Assembly (NCBI GenBank): GCA_016748015.1
Contig: JAAOMT010000235.1
Span: forward strand, 62,001-126,000
Length of the DNA: 64,000 nucleotides
Reading direction: 5' to 3'
From: Geosiphon pyriformis uo1
Lineage: Eukaryota > Fungi > Glomeromycota
The position numbers were made by a program, and so were the translations under genes. Below are positions 22,380-36,690 of this stretch, piece after piece (the stretch's first letter is position 1; each line of letters opens with the position of its first letter). Under the pieces are notes generated by a model. That model was given only the letters and a program-made list of their open reading frames with translations, was not told the origin of the DNA and made no database searches.

Positions 22380-24311
22380 AAAAAAAAAACTTTTTCTCTC
22401 CTAAATTTCATGACCACAAATAGAGCTAAAAGTAAAAAAGTTGTAAACATTACTTTTCCTATGATGACTAATAAAGTTTCAACATAAGAAGGTCTCTCTG
22501 TTATTGAAGCAGCTAGACAAAACGTTCTGACAACATTTCCTTTAAAAAATAATAGTAATAAGCTGTCTTTAGCAGCTTCTGGTTCATTTTCTTTATCTTT
22601 GGCTGGTAGTTCTTCTCCAGTCAAAGTTCCTTCAAAAAGACACACTTGGGTTAGTCTCAGTGTTGTCTTCACTACTTCAAAAAGCCCAAAGATTTTTAAT
22701 AACAGACCAGTTAACAAGTTGGTCTTTTCTGCTCTCATCACTCCCACTATTACTTCTACTACTACTGCTTCACAAATGGCCGCGAAAGCCAAAAATTCCA
22801 GAAAACAGCAGCAGACAGTCACAACTGCTATGGTCACACTGAACCTCTTTGTGGTTCCAGATGAGATCTTTGGTAAGATTTCCACAGCAGCAGCCAGCCC
22901 TCTTCCTGATATGAATGGCAACAGCAGCAGCACATCTCCCAAGATGGGCCAAGATCAACCACTGGCTGTGTTGTTTAATGTGGTAATCTCCAGCAGATTA
23001 TCACCAATCCCAGTAGCAAAACAGTCCATCAATCCAGATGATCTCAAAGATTGGGCTGATTAGATGGAAATGGAATCAACTGTCTCTTCCTCAGTTTCTG
23101 GTGCTGTTGATAGTAGTGCTTGGGAAAATGTGAATGGTCATTAGAGGTTCTCTGGTTGGATGGCCTCCAATCTAATACCTGGAGCTACATTCAAGATTAA
23201 AATGGTCCTGCTTGGTTTCTTGTTCCAGTTACTGCCTGGTTGTATTGGGCTTAAGTCAGTTTTATAAAATACTGTTAAGTTGTTCTGTGTGGAATTTGCA
23301 TCTTAGGAGTATCTAAATGGTGCTACCAAAGTGGTCATTAGTAATGAGGTGTTTTTGACCACTCTTAAGATTGCATGGTCTTCTGGTGTGGCCTCTGTTT
23401 CTTTTCTTTTCTTGTCAGTTGCACTGCATAACATATCTTTGGGTACCTTTTCTAATGACATCAAAACTGCTCTTGGCATTTTTGGTGTTGTCACTTCTGT
23501 TAAGTTAAAGTCTGTTGGCTTATGGCAATATGCTGTGGTTAATTTTAAAAACATTTCTTCTGCTGCTGTTGCTCTCTTTAACTGGTCTGTATTGGTCAGA
23601 AAAGATAGTGTTAGAATTCTGCCTGTTGTCAACTAAAAGGAGATTATTTCCTCAAGAGATGCATTTAAAGCTAAGTTGGTCAATCTTCCATTTGGCTATA
23701 CTGCCTTTGAGATAAGTAATTTGGTCTCCCAAGTTGGTGGCCATACGTGTTTCATTCCTTGCTTCCCTGAATCTTATTAACGTCAATGCTTTGCTGTAAT
23801 TACCTTTGATTCTTTGAAATCTCTAAATGTTGCTGTGTCAAAAACTAGTACCTTGTGTGGTTGTCACATCTGGTGGGAAACTCTTGGGTGTCACTGCTGC
23901 TACAAGTGTCATGACTTGAATCATTTGACTGTGAACTGCAAAAAATTGCCTCCTCTCTCACCTAAACTCCCTTCCAACATCTTTGGTGGCCCCAAAAATT
24001 TCAAATCTTCATTTGTTAGATCTAAATCTTATGCCAAGACTGCTGCTATTGTGGTTTCTCCTGGTGCTGCTGCTGCTGATATGGAATTGGATCTTAGTGG
24101 TTCTCCCAAAACTGCAACACCTGTGTTGCCTGCTGTTTTTTCTGTTTCCAATACTGCTGTTAAATCTAGGTTGGCTTCTCTTGAATCCCACCTTAGTGAA
24201 CTATCTGTGTTGATTAAAATCTTGGTTGAACCTATTGGTGTTCTGGTTGCATTGGTTATCAAATTGCTGTTTACTCCATCTGCCATAGATGTGTCAGTTA
24301 AGGAATGTATA
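22380..24311 (+). mobile_element. ORF1-only non-autonomous retroelement, copy H1 (5' complete, 3' missing)
   Basis: Leader ACTTTTTCTCTCCTAAATTTC then ATG 22410 (MTTNRAKSKK); 2xRRM and CCHC; ends abruptly before copy H2. Confidence 0.85.
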
Positions 24312-24335
24312 AAGGTAACTATAGAGTTAAAAAAA

Positions 24336-26752
24336 ACTTTTTCTCTTCTAAATTTCATGACCACGAATAGAGCTAAGAGTAAAAAAGTTGCAAATGTTAC
24401 TTTTCCTATAGTAACTAATAAAGTTTCAACACGAAAGGGTCTCTCTGTTATTGAAGCAGCTAGACAAAATGTTCTGGCAACATTTCCTTTAAAAAATAAT
24501 AGTAATAAGCTGCCTTTAGTGGCTTCTGGTTCATTTTCTTCACCTTTGGCTGGTAGTTCTTCTTCAGTCAAAGTTCTTTTAAAAAGACACACTTGGATTA
24601 GTCCCAGTGTTGTCTCCACTACTTCAAAAAGCCCAAAGATTTTTAATAACAGACCAGTTAACAAGTTGGTCTTTCCTGCTCTCACTGCTCCCACTACTAC
24701 TTTTACTACTACTGCTTCACAAATGGCTGTAAAAGTGAAAAATCCCAAAAAACAGCAGTAGGCAGTCGCAACTGCTATGGTCACACTGAACCTCTTTGTG
24801 GTTCCAGATAAGATCTTCAGTAAGATCTCCACAGCAGCAGCCAGCCCTATTTCTGATATGGATGGCAACAGCAGCAGCATATCTCCAAGATCAATTATTG
24901 GCTGTATTGCCTGATGTGATATTCTCCGGCAGATCATCACCAATCCCAGTAGCAAAACAGTCTATCAATCCAAATAATCTCAAAGATTGGGCTGATCAGA
25001 TAGAAATGGAAACAACTGTCCCCTCTTCAGTTTCTGGTGCAGCTGATGCTGGTGCTTAGAAGAATGTGAATGGACGTCAAAAGTTCTCTGGTTGGGTGGC
25101 CTTCAATCTTGTACTTGGTGCTACATTTAAGATCAAGATGGCTTTGCTCAGTTCTTTGTTTCAGTTGCTGCCTGGTTATATTGGGCTTAAATCTGTTTTA
25201 CGAGATGCTATTAAGTTGTTCTGTGTGGAATTTACATCTCAGGAGTGTCTAAATGGTGCTACCAAAGTGGCCATTGGTGATGAGGTTTTTTTGACTACTC
25301 TTAAGATTGCACGGTCTTCAAAAGTGACCTTTGTTTCTTCCTCTTCTTTGTCAGTTGCACTGCACGATGTACTCTTGGGTACTTTTTCTGATGACATCAA
25401 ATCTGCTCTTGGCATTTTTGGTGTTGTCACTTTTGTTAAGTTGAAGCCTGCTGGCTTATGGCAATATGCTGTGGTTAACTTTAAGGACATTTTTTCTGCT
25501 GCTGCTGCTCTCTCTAACTGGTCTGTATTGGTCAGAAAAGATAGTGTTAGGATCTTTTCCATTGCCAACCAAAAGGAGGTTATCTTCTCAAGAGATGTAT
25601 TCAAAGCTAAGTTGGTCAATCTTCCGTTTGGCTGTATTGCCTTTGAGATAAGTGATTTGGTCTCCCAAGTTGGTGGCTGTATGTGTTTCATTCTTCGCTC
25701 TCCTGAATCTTATTGATGTTAATGCTTTGCTGTGGTTACCTTTGATTCTTTGGAATCTCTGAATGTTGCTGTGTCAAACACTGGTACCTTGCATGATTGT
25801 CGCATCTGGTGGGAAACTCCTGGATGTCACCGCTGCTACAGGTGTCAAGACTTGAATCATTTGGCTGTGAACTGCAAGAAGTTGCCTCTTCTCTTACCTA
25901 AACTCTCTTTCAACACCTTTGGTGGCCCCAAAAATTTCAAATCTTCATTTGTTGGATCTAAATCTTATGCCAAGGCTGTTGCTTTTGTGGTTCCTTCTGG
26001 TGCTGCTGCTGCTGATATGGAATTGGATTTTGGTGGTTCTCCTGAAACTGCAACACCTGTGTTGCCTGCTGTCCTTCTGTTCCCACTACTGCTGTTGAAT
26101 CTAGGTTGGCTTCTCTTAAATCCCACCTTAGTGAACTATTTGTGTTGATTAAATTTTTGGTTGAACCAGTCGGTGCTCTGGTTGCATTGGTTACCAAATT
26201 GCTGTCTATTCTATCTGCCATGGATGTGTCAGTTAAGAAATGTGTAGATGGGTTGGCTAAGCAAAATAAAGGCTTGGCTGCTGTTGTCACTGTGATGCAG
26301 AAAAAATTAACACGTCTTGAAACAATAAGTGAATGGATTTGCTTGGAGAATGGATCAGATGTTGATGACATGGTTGATGATGTTGATAAGGATGATAATG
26401 AAGATAAAGACATTTCAGTTTATGATAACACCTTCAATGTCATAATGCATCTATGAGAAGATCAGCCTTTAAGAATCAAATCCAGTCCTGATCAGACTGC
26501 TAAGTAGATAAGTGGTATGGTTAAGAATAGTCATGAGCTTGTTAGCATTATAGGTAAGATGTATAAATTAGATATGTTTGATACATTAGGTAGCAAAGGT
26601 AGTACTAGCATGTAGTTAGGGCTTTCTACTAAGTGGTTAGCCGTATTTTGTAAACTTTGTATTATTGGGTAAGCTGGCTTTATGAAAGCACCACATTACT
26701 GTGAACATAACTAATAAATGATCAGCGTGGCTACATGTTAGCAAAAAAAAAA
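24336..26752 (+). mobile_element. ORF1-only element, copy H2 (complete)
   Basis: ATG 24357 to stop 26615 (..GSTSM*), disrupted; LINE-like 3' UTR; poly(A) at 26743-26752. Confidence 0.88.
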
Positions 26753-27934
26753 TTCTATAATAAGCTTATCTTTTGGAAGAGTCATCAGATATGTACTATT
26801 TGTTTCAGGTTTCAATTGTTTCCATTAAGCCAAGAGCTGCATAACATTGTTATTATGCATATTTGTATTGTTTGCTCTTATTTGTTTGATTATATTGGCA
26901 ACAACCTTAAAAAGTTTGTGATCCATGCATTTTTTCTTTGTGTGTGTAAATTGGGCTCTCACTTTCCTTTTTGGTAGGCAGTTAGCAGCTTGTAATACAG
27001 TCTTCTTGATTGTAAGCCACATCTGGTTTAGCTGTTATCTATCAATTTTCTTTGTGCTTCATTTGTTAGTCGATCAGTTTTTTTAGCATAGATTTCCCAT
27101 TAGACTCCAGATGCTTTTTTAACATCAATTATAGTTGTGCTACACTTCTTACTTCCAGATCTAGATTTTTTAGTGCCTGCCAAGATTCTATCAGATCAGA
27201 TGATAGTTATCACTGCTTTGTGATCAGTGCTAAATGATTCATTAACATCAATTACCCCAATATTTGTGACCAGTAAGGCTGTAAAAACATCAGTAAACAC
27301 ATAGTCTAATCTTCTTTGTACTCTATTTGATGCCCATGTATTGTTTAAATTGTTTATTGCATACATTCTATGTATATCCACCAGATTCATCTGTTGCAGC
27401 AATGTTGCAGTGAAACATTTTTTTTCTTTGTTTGTGGCAATTGTCTTTTTAAGTGATTTGAATGTCAAATTTTCATTCAAATCACCTGCCACTAACAATT
27501 TCTTTGTTTTGCACAATGTCTGCTAAAAGCTTTCTGATCTCTTTTGTCACTGCCTTTTTAGTAGATGATTTTGATGTAAGCATATACAACCCAACTATGT
27601 GTACACTTATTTTACTCCTAAATTTTAATACCAGATACAATAATCTTTCATGATAACTGCTGATTACCTCCACATGGTGAGTCCAACATTTTTTTACCAG
27701 TATGTCCACCCCAGTTTCCATTTGTTTTTCAGTGCTTGACTTCCAAAAGATGTGATAATTCCCAGTGCCAAAAAACACCCCTTTTTCTTTGAGTAGGGTC
27801 AGTTTGATTTCTGTAATGACCATAAAATCAAACTGTTTATTTTTAATCCATTGTAGTACTTCCTCAGCTTTGCCAGAATTGTTAAGTCCTCTAACATTAA
27901 TAGTTCCTATTTTTTAAGTATTATTATCTGCAAT
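26753..27934 (-). mobile_element. LINE-b fragment 1 (APE endonuclease region of ORF2)
   Basis: NVRGLN, TEIK, AGDLN, RLDYVF, STDH; continues at 63507-64000 beyond the TSD. Confidence 0.88.
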
Positions 27935-29419
27935 AAGCAAAGAAAAAAAATATTTTTCCTTCTTTGTCTGTTACCACAAAATTTACTACATCTCAAATTT
28001 GGAAAAATAGTTTTTTGCTAAAAGATACCTTTAGTTAAAAGTATACTTTATTATTATAACAGACTTCAAAGTATCTGACAACAACACTAATAGTGAAGTG
28101 ACAATAGTCACGAACAGAAATACTAACAAAGATACCATTAAGTATAAAGACCAAGTAGAAAGAAATTCTACTGTCAATACAGAGAAAAAAGAAAATAACA
28201 CAATCATATCAAACCAAATACCAGTTGAGAATACAAGACCTACAACACCTCCATTCAGATTTTAACATAGCAGTGGAACAATTGGAAGTGTAAAAACAAG
28301 CAGTGAGACAACACACTCTTCAGAATTGCTAATACATTAAAAAGAACAGCTCCATATTGAAGAGTGGCTGACTTTTCTCCACTAACAGGCAACAGACTAG
28401 AAGAAAAGCCCAATAAAAAATACAGACACTTGGGAAAAATAATAAGTGTAAAAGGCCTAACAAAGAAATTTAACCAGGTCATTGAAGAGAAACTTACTGA
28501 CAAGACAACAGACCAGACCAACAATTTTGTCTTGTGACCAATGTTCAACAAAGAAGGAAACAGTAATAAGTTTCAAATAGAAGCTTGAACTGGTGAAAAG
28601 GGAGCATCAAAGTCCCTGAAAAAATTGGATACACTATCCAAATTATCTAGTAAAGAGGTTGAAAGAGCAGTGCAAATTGAAGCAGCTCTAAGAAAATGCA
28701 ATTTTGAGATTTTGGACAAGATCAACAAAGGAAAATCTGCAGAGAAATTTGATGAACAAATGGACAATCCATTTGAAACAAACAAAGATATTGCCAATTT
28801 AAAAAGGACTGCAAAGGACATAGAAGACTCCGAATTGGGTCTATTGAGCAGAATGCCAAACCCAAGTCCAGGCCAAAAGAGTAGCAAAGTATTTGAGAAA
28901 AATGCCATGTCTATGGAAGCAAATCAAGAAGAAGAGTGAAAAACTATTGTTCATGGCACCAAGAGACATGTTCTGTTCATGCAGATATTAGACATACCAG
29001 AAAAGAACATGGGAAAGAAGATGGGGTGGATTTACAACTTGTTGGGGGATATTAGTTACCATTTGGGAGCTGTGATAGTGAGAAACCAAGAAGTCAGAAT
29101 AGACTTCTCCGAAATTGCTGGAAGGGATCAAGCTAGAAAAATCCTAGCAGATGTGGAAATTGAGTCATTTTTGATGGCAACTGATGGCATTGCCAACCAA
29201 ATTGCTGGTTAAAAGAAGGTTCTAGTTAGAGATATCCTCTTGGGTATTTCTGACAGAAAAGTTGGAGCTGCCTTGAAAGAATTTGGGAGGTTAAAAAAGT
29301 CCAAATCAAAGTGACTGGAAAATGGCAGTTGGCAGTAGTTGAATTCAACAATCAAGAAAAGGCAACAAGAGCTGTGGACCAATGGTTGACCCTGATCAAG
29401 AAAGATGCAGTTAGAATTT

Positions 29420-31964
<2,545 letters not shown>

Positions 31965-31986
31965 GTTAGAATTTATCCAATGATAG

Positions 31987-32630
31987 TGTTACAGGTTGGA
32001 GTAACAAGCTAACGGATAGCAAGGAAGAACAGGATTGTAAGGTGATGAAAGGAATCAAAGAGAATTCAACTTTTAAAGAGTGAATTGAATAAGTATGGAT
32101 TCAATGTGTGAGATCAGTCTCATAAAATATCTCAGTTGCTATACTTTTCAAAGATAACCAGGGAATCTGAAAGTAGAAAAATAGTCCGTACTGTCAACAA
32201 ATGATCACACTTGGTATAATTCTATGCTTCACATCAGCGCTCTTAGAATTCAATATCAAGTATCAGATGTGCTCTTCAGTCATGTTTTATTCAATAATCT
32301 CCAAATGTTGCAATTACACAATTCAGGAAAAGAGTAAGGAATAACCAACAAGTAATCTTTTATCTTTAAGATGTTCAGATACTTGAAAGTAGGGAAAGAG
32401 AAATTAGTGATAAGAGAAGGATTGAGATGAAGATGTTATTTTATTTCTTTATTTCTTTGATTTCTTCATGCCTTTCTACAGTTAAGAGATTCATTGCTTA
32501 TATAGCTATCAAAAGTGGTCAATAATCAGATCAACAACTAGGTCAATGATCAGGTCAATGATTACTTACTAAAAATAGAGTGGCTAATACATGTGATAAT
32601 TAATAAGAAGTATAAGTTTCAACTGTAACA
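31987..32630 (-). repeat. Solo LTR, family A
   Basis: TGTTAC...GTAACA with an exact ATAG TSD on both sides; no internal region. Confidence 0.95.
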
Positions 32631-33543
32631 ATAGGTACCCAGAAGATCATTGAGCAGAGGAAAACCTGGGAAGCTAAGCTTGTTGGCCTACCACAGAACT
32701 GTACTGCACACTATCTGAGTAACACTCTGGATCAAATCAAAGCCTGATCTTGCTTTATTCCAAGAACTAGCAGAAACTATACTAGAATGGGATGTGCTTA
32801 CATAGGGTTTGATAGTAAAGCCAGTCACCACAATGCTACCAATAAGCCCTTGGTAATTGGGGACACTTTGGTTTACTGGGTGCCTACTAATGCTAAAGAG
32901 TGTCATTTTTGTTATCAGATAAGACACTTGGTCTCAAATTGCCCTACTTTACTTAAAAAAAAGGAGAGGAATACCAAGAAAGCTACCAACAACATATGGT
33001 TAGCCAAATTGTATGTTAAAAAGAATGTACCAAAAGAACATATCAAGGCCTTTGAAGGAAGATCATATGCTGAAATGGTGGCACTAAATCCATCTAATAA
33101 TAGGTACAATGCAAACCCAAGTGGGTCTCAAAAAGCTGGCTTACATGTGAACAACCAAGAGGGCCAACAGAAAAAAGGAACAAACCAGCCATGGAGATTT
33201 GAAATTGATAAATTGAGACAACAGGTGAATGAAATGGCTAAACTACTAAATGCTGTGGCTTTAAAGCTTGGAGTAACAGTGGAAAAAAAAGATGAAGGCA
33301 AAGTGGTAAATCAACCACCAAGTCATATATCAGAGAAAAAGAAAGAAGGGAATAATAAAAAAGCAAAACAGTATATGTCTTCCAAACATACCTTAGAGGA
33401 AAAAAAAGAGGCATACAACCCAGAGAAAAAAATAAATGATATTAAAAAAGCCCTGGAACCTATTATAATACTGCTAAAACAAGTAGAGAAACAGAGTAAC
33501 TGGAATGGTGCTACAGCTGGGGAATCTAAATCTATGGAAACAG

Positions 33544-36500
33544 ATGATGTATAATACATCCAACTTCAATTTAGAACAAAACATTGCTGATAATAATATC
33601 AGGAAAATAGGAACTATTAATGTTAGAGGACTTAACAATCCTGGCAAAGCTGAGGAAGTACTACAATGAATTAAAGATAAACAGTTTGATTTTGTGGTCA
33701 TTACAGAAACTAAACTAATCTCACTCAAAGAAAAAGAGGTGTTTTTTGATACTGAGGAATTTCATGTTTTTTGAGAGTCAAGCACTGAGAAACAAATAGG
33801 AACTGGGGTGGGCATACTGGTCAGAAAATGTTGGACTTACCATGTAGAGGTAATCAGAGGTTATCATAGGAGACTATTGCATCTGGTACTGAAATTTAAG
33901 GGTAAAATAAGTGTACACATAGTTGGGTTGTACATGCCTGTATTGAAATCACCTACTAAAAAGGCAGTTGCAAAAGAGATCAGAAAGCTTTTAGCAGACA
34001 TTGTGCAAAACAAAGAAATTGTCTTAGTGGCAGGCGATTTGAATGAAGATCTGGCAGTTAAATCACTTGAAAAGACAATTGCCACAAACAAAGAAAAAAA
34101 ATGTCCCATTGCAACATTGCTGCAACAGATGAATCTCATGAATATACATGGAATGTATGTAGTAAACAATCCAGATAATACATGGGCATCAAATGGAGTA
34201 CAAAAGAGATTGGATTATGTGTTTACTGATGTTATTACAGCCTTACTGGTCACAAATATTGGGGTGATTAACATTAATGAATTATTTAACACTGATTACA
34301 AAGCAGTAGTAATGATCATCCAATCTGATAGAATCTTGGCAGGCACTAAAAAATTTAAATCTGGAAGAAAGAAGTGTAGCACAACTATAATTGATGTTAA
34401 AAAAGCATCTGGAGTCTAATAGAAGATCTATGCTAGAGAAACTGATTAACTAAGAGATAAAGCACAAAGAAAATTGATAGATAACAACAATGATGATCTA
34501 AATCAGATGTGGCTTACAATCAAGGAGACTGTGTTACAAGCTGCTGAGTGCCTACCAAAAAAGAAAGTAGGAGTCTGATCTGCACACACAAAGAAAGAAT
34601 GCATGGATCACAAGCTTGTTAAGATTGTTGCTGATATAATCAAACAAATAAGAGTAAACAATGCAGATATGCATAATAACAATGTTATGCAGCTACTGGC
34701 CAAATGGAAACAATTGAAACCTGAAACAGTTAATGCATATCTAATGACTCTCCCAAAAGATAAGCTTATTATAGAATTACTAAGCATCAAAAAAGAATAC
34801 AGATCTACACTGCATGCTAGGATCAGACTACAACAGCAAAGACAAATAGTAAACAATATTATTAAAAGACAACAAAACTTTGAGTTAAGCAAAGAATCAA
34901 TGATCAAAAGCATTCTGAACAGAAAAAGACAAAGGATAGTATTGGATCATGTTATAGAAGAAGGCAAATTTCATGATGATCCTGATGAAATCAAAAAGCT
35001 AATAAACAAAAAAGCTCAAAGGTGGACTAGAACAAGAATTTTTGAACCTGAACTATGGAAAAGTTGGAAACACAGGTTTAGGCCAATTGAAAGCATCCCA
35101 GATCATGCCTTTGATGGTGTGATGGCTGAAATAATAATTGAAAAATTTGAACACACATTAAGCCACACACCTTATAACAAAGCTCTTGGCCCATCAGGCA
35201 TACAAGCTGAACTTTGGAGGAAGTCTGGGCCTAATACCAAGTCTAAACTGAGAACATTGCTTAATGCTTGCCTGAGAAGTGGAGAATAGCACAGGTTATA
35301 CTAATTCCAAAGCCAAAAGAATGGGGTGGCAATATTGACATCACCAGACTGATTACACTCATTGAAAGCACTAGAAAGATCTTAACAAAGATTCTTACTG
35401 CAAGAATATCAAAAGCATGTAAGCTCCACAATGTTCTAAAAGGTTATAACACCTCAGTTCTGAAGAATACATCTATAGCAGTGCTAATTCATGTGATTAA
35501 TGCTGTTGCTAAGCATGCAAGAGAATTTGATAATAAGGCTTGGTTCACATTTCAGGACATGAAAAAAGCATATGACTCAGTGGGATGGAAATCCATGGAA
35601 GCTGCACTAAAGAGGATCAAAATGAACAATAGGTTTACTGAGCTATTTGGCTTGATGCACAACAATAAAAGCAATAGAATCCTAACTGAGTTTGGGTTAA
35701 GTGATAAATATTAAGTACAGGATGGATTAGATCAAGGGGAAACAAGCTCACCCATCATGTGGAGGATCTTCTATGACCTCTTACTGTGTGAAATAAAACA
35801 AGCAAATTACCACCAGGAATACTAATTAACAGCTAAATGGAAAAAGTGGGACAATCAAGCAAACACACAATCCATACTGGCATCAGTAAACCACCTTACC
35901 TTTGTCAATGACACAGTGTGAATAGCTAACTCAAGACAAGGAATGCAGAGTATTCTGAACACAGCCAGCTCCTTCTTTAGAATGGTAGATATTGAGATCA
36001 ACTTAGATAAGACTGAAACAATAGTAGTTAGACTCTCCAAAAAGAAGTCAGTATTGATTAAGCCACTAAAGTTTGGTCCAAACAAACAAATCTTGAAATT
36101 GTTGGATCTGTCTACATGCACTTGATATTTGGGGGTGTGGATTAGAGCAGATGGAAAAAATGAGACTGTGCTGAATATAATAGAATCTGATATTGAAGCA
36201 GTGTGTGGAGTTATTAGGAAAAAACACATCACAGAAAAACAGGTGATTTACATTTTCAACAGTGTACTCAGTCCAGCAATAGAATTTAGATCACAGTTAA
36301 CCCATATACCAAACAGTTGGACCAAAAGATGGAACTCAAAAATCTCAGCCATTGTAAAGAAAAAAGCAAACCCCTTAGTAGATTTTCCAGCCAGTGCCAT
36401 GCATCATTCATCTTTGTACAACTTATTCAAAATTGATGACATATAGGCGAAAAGCAAGATCACAGATTTGTTGGTTAGATTGAACAGTAATGATATTGCT

Positions 36501-36690
36501 GGAATGACTACAAAAATCAGACTAGCCAACTTGCAAGCACAGAGATGGTCAGCTTATAGTATACTTGAATATTCCACAAATGAACAATCTAAGCCAGGAG
36601 TTAATCTAATAGCAAACATCATGCAGATAATGAATGAAAGAGGCATCTTATTCAAAAGCTCTGGTAACACATATGGGGTGCCTGAATTCT
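33544..36690 (+). pseudogene. LINE-c ORF2, 5' part (APE + RT)
   Basis: ATG overlaps the ORF1 stop; GTINVRGLN, GVGILV, AGDLN, FQDMKKAYDSV, GLDQGETSSP, YLGVWI. Confidence 0.9.

Noticed and set aside
21965-22942. Long antisense ORFs recurring opposite the ORF1-only element (also 24029-24955, 25239-25691, 30672-31115, 31396-31983, 43283-43735, 61578-61958, 62412-63011)
   Set aside because: Shadow ORFs. T-ending sense codons make the in-register antisense codons start with A, so stops are rare. They have no motifs, and some run across element boundaries.
21240-27900. LINE-a/LINE-b overlap as a giant ~1.1-kb target-site duplication
   Set aside because: The two copies differ by transversions and an indel, as expected for independent family members.
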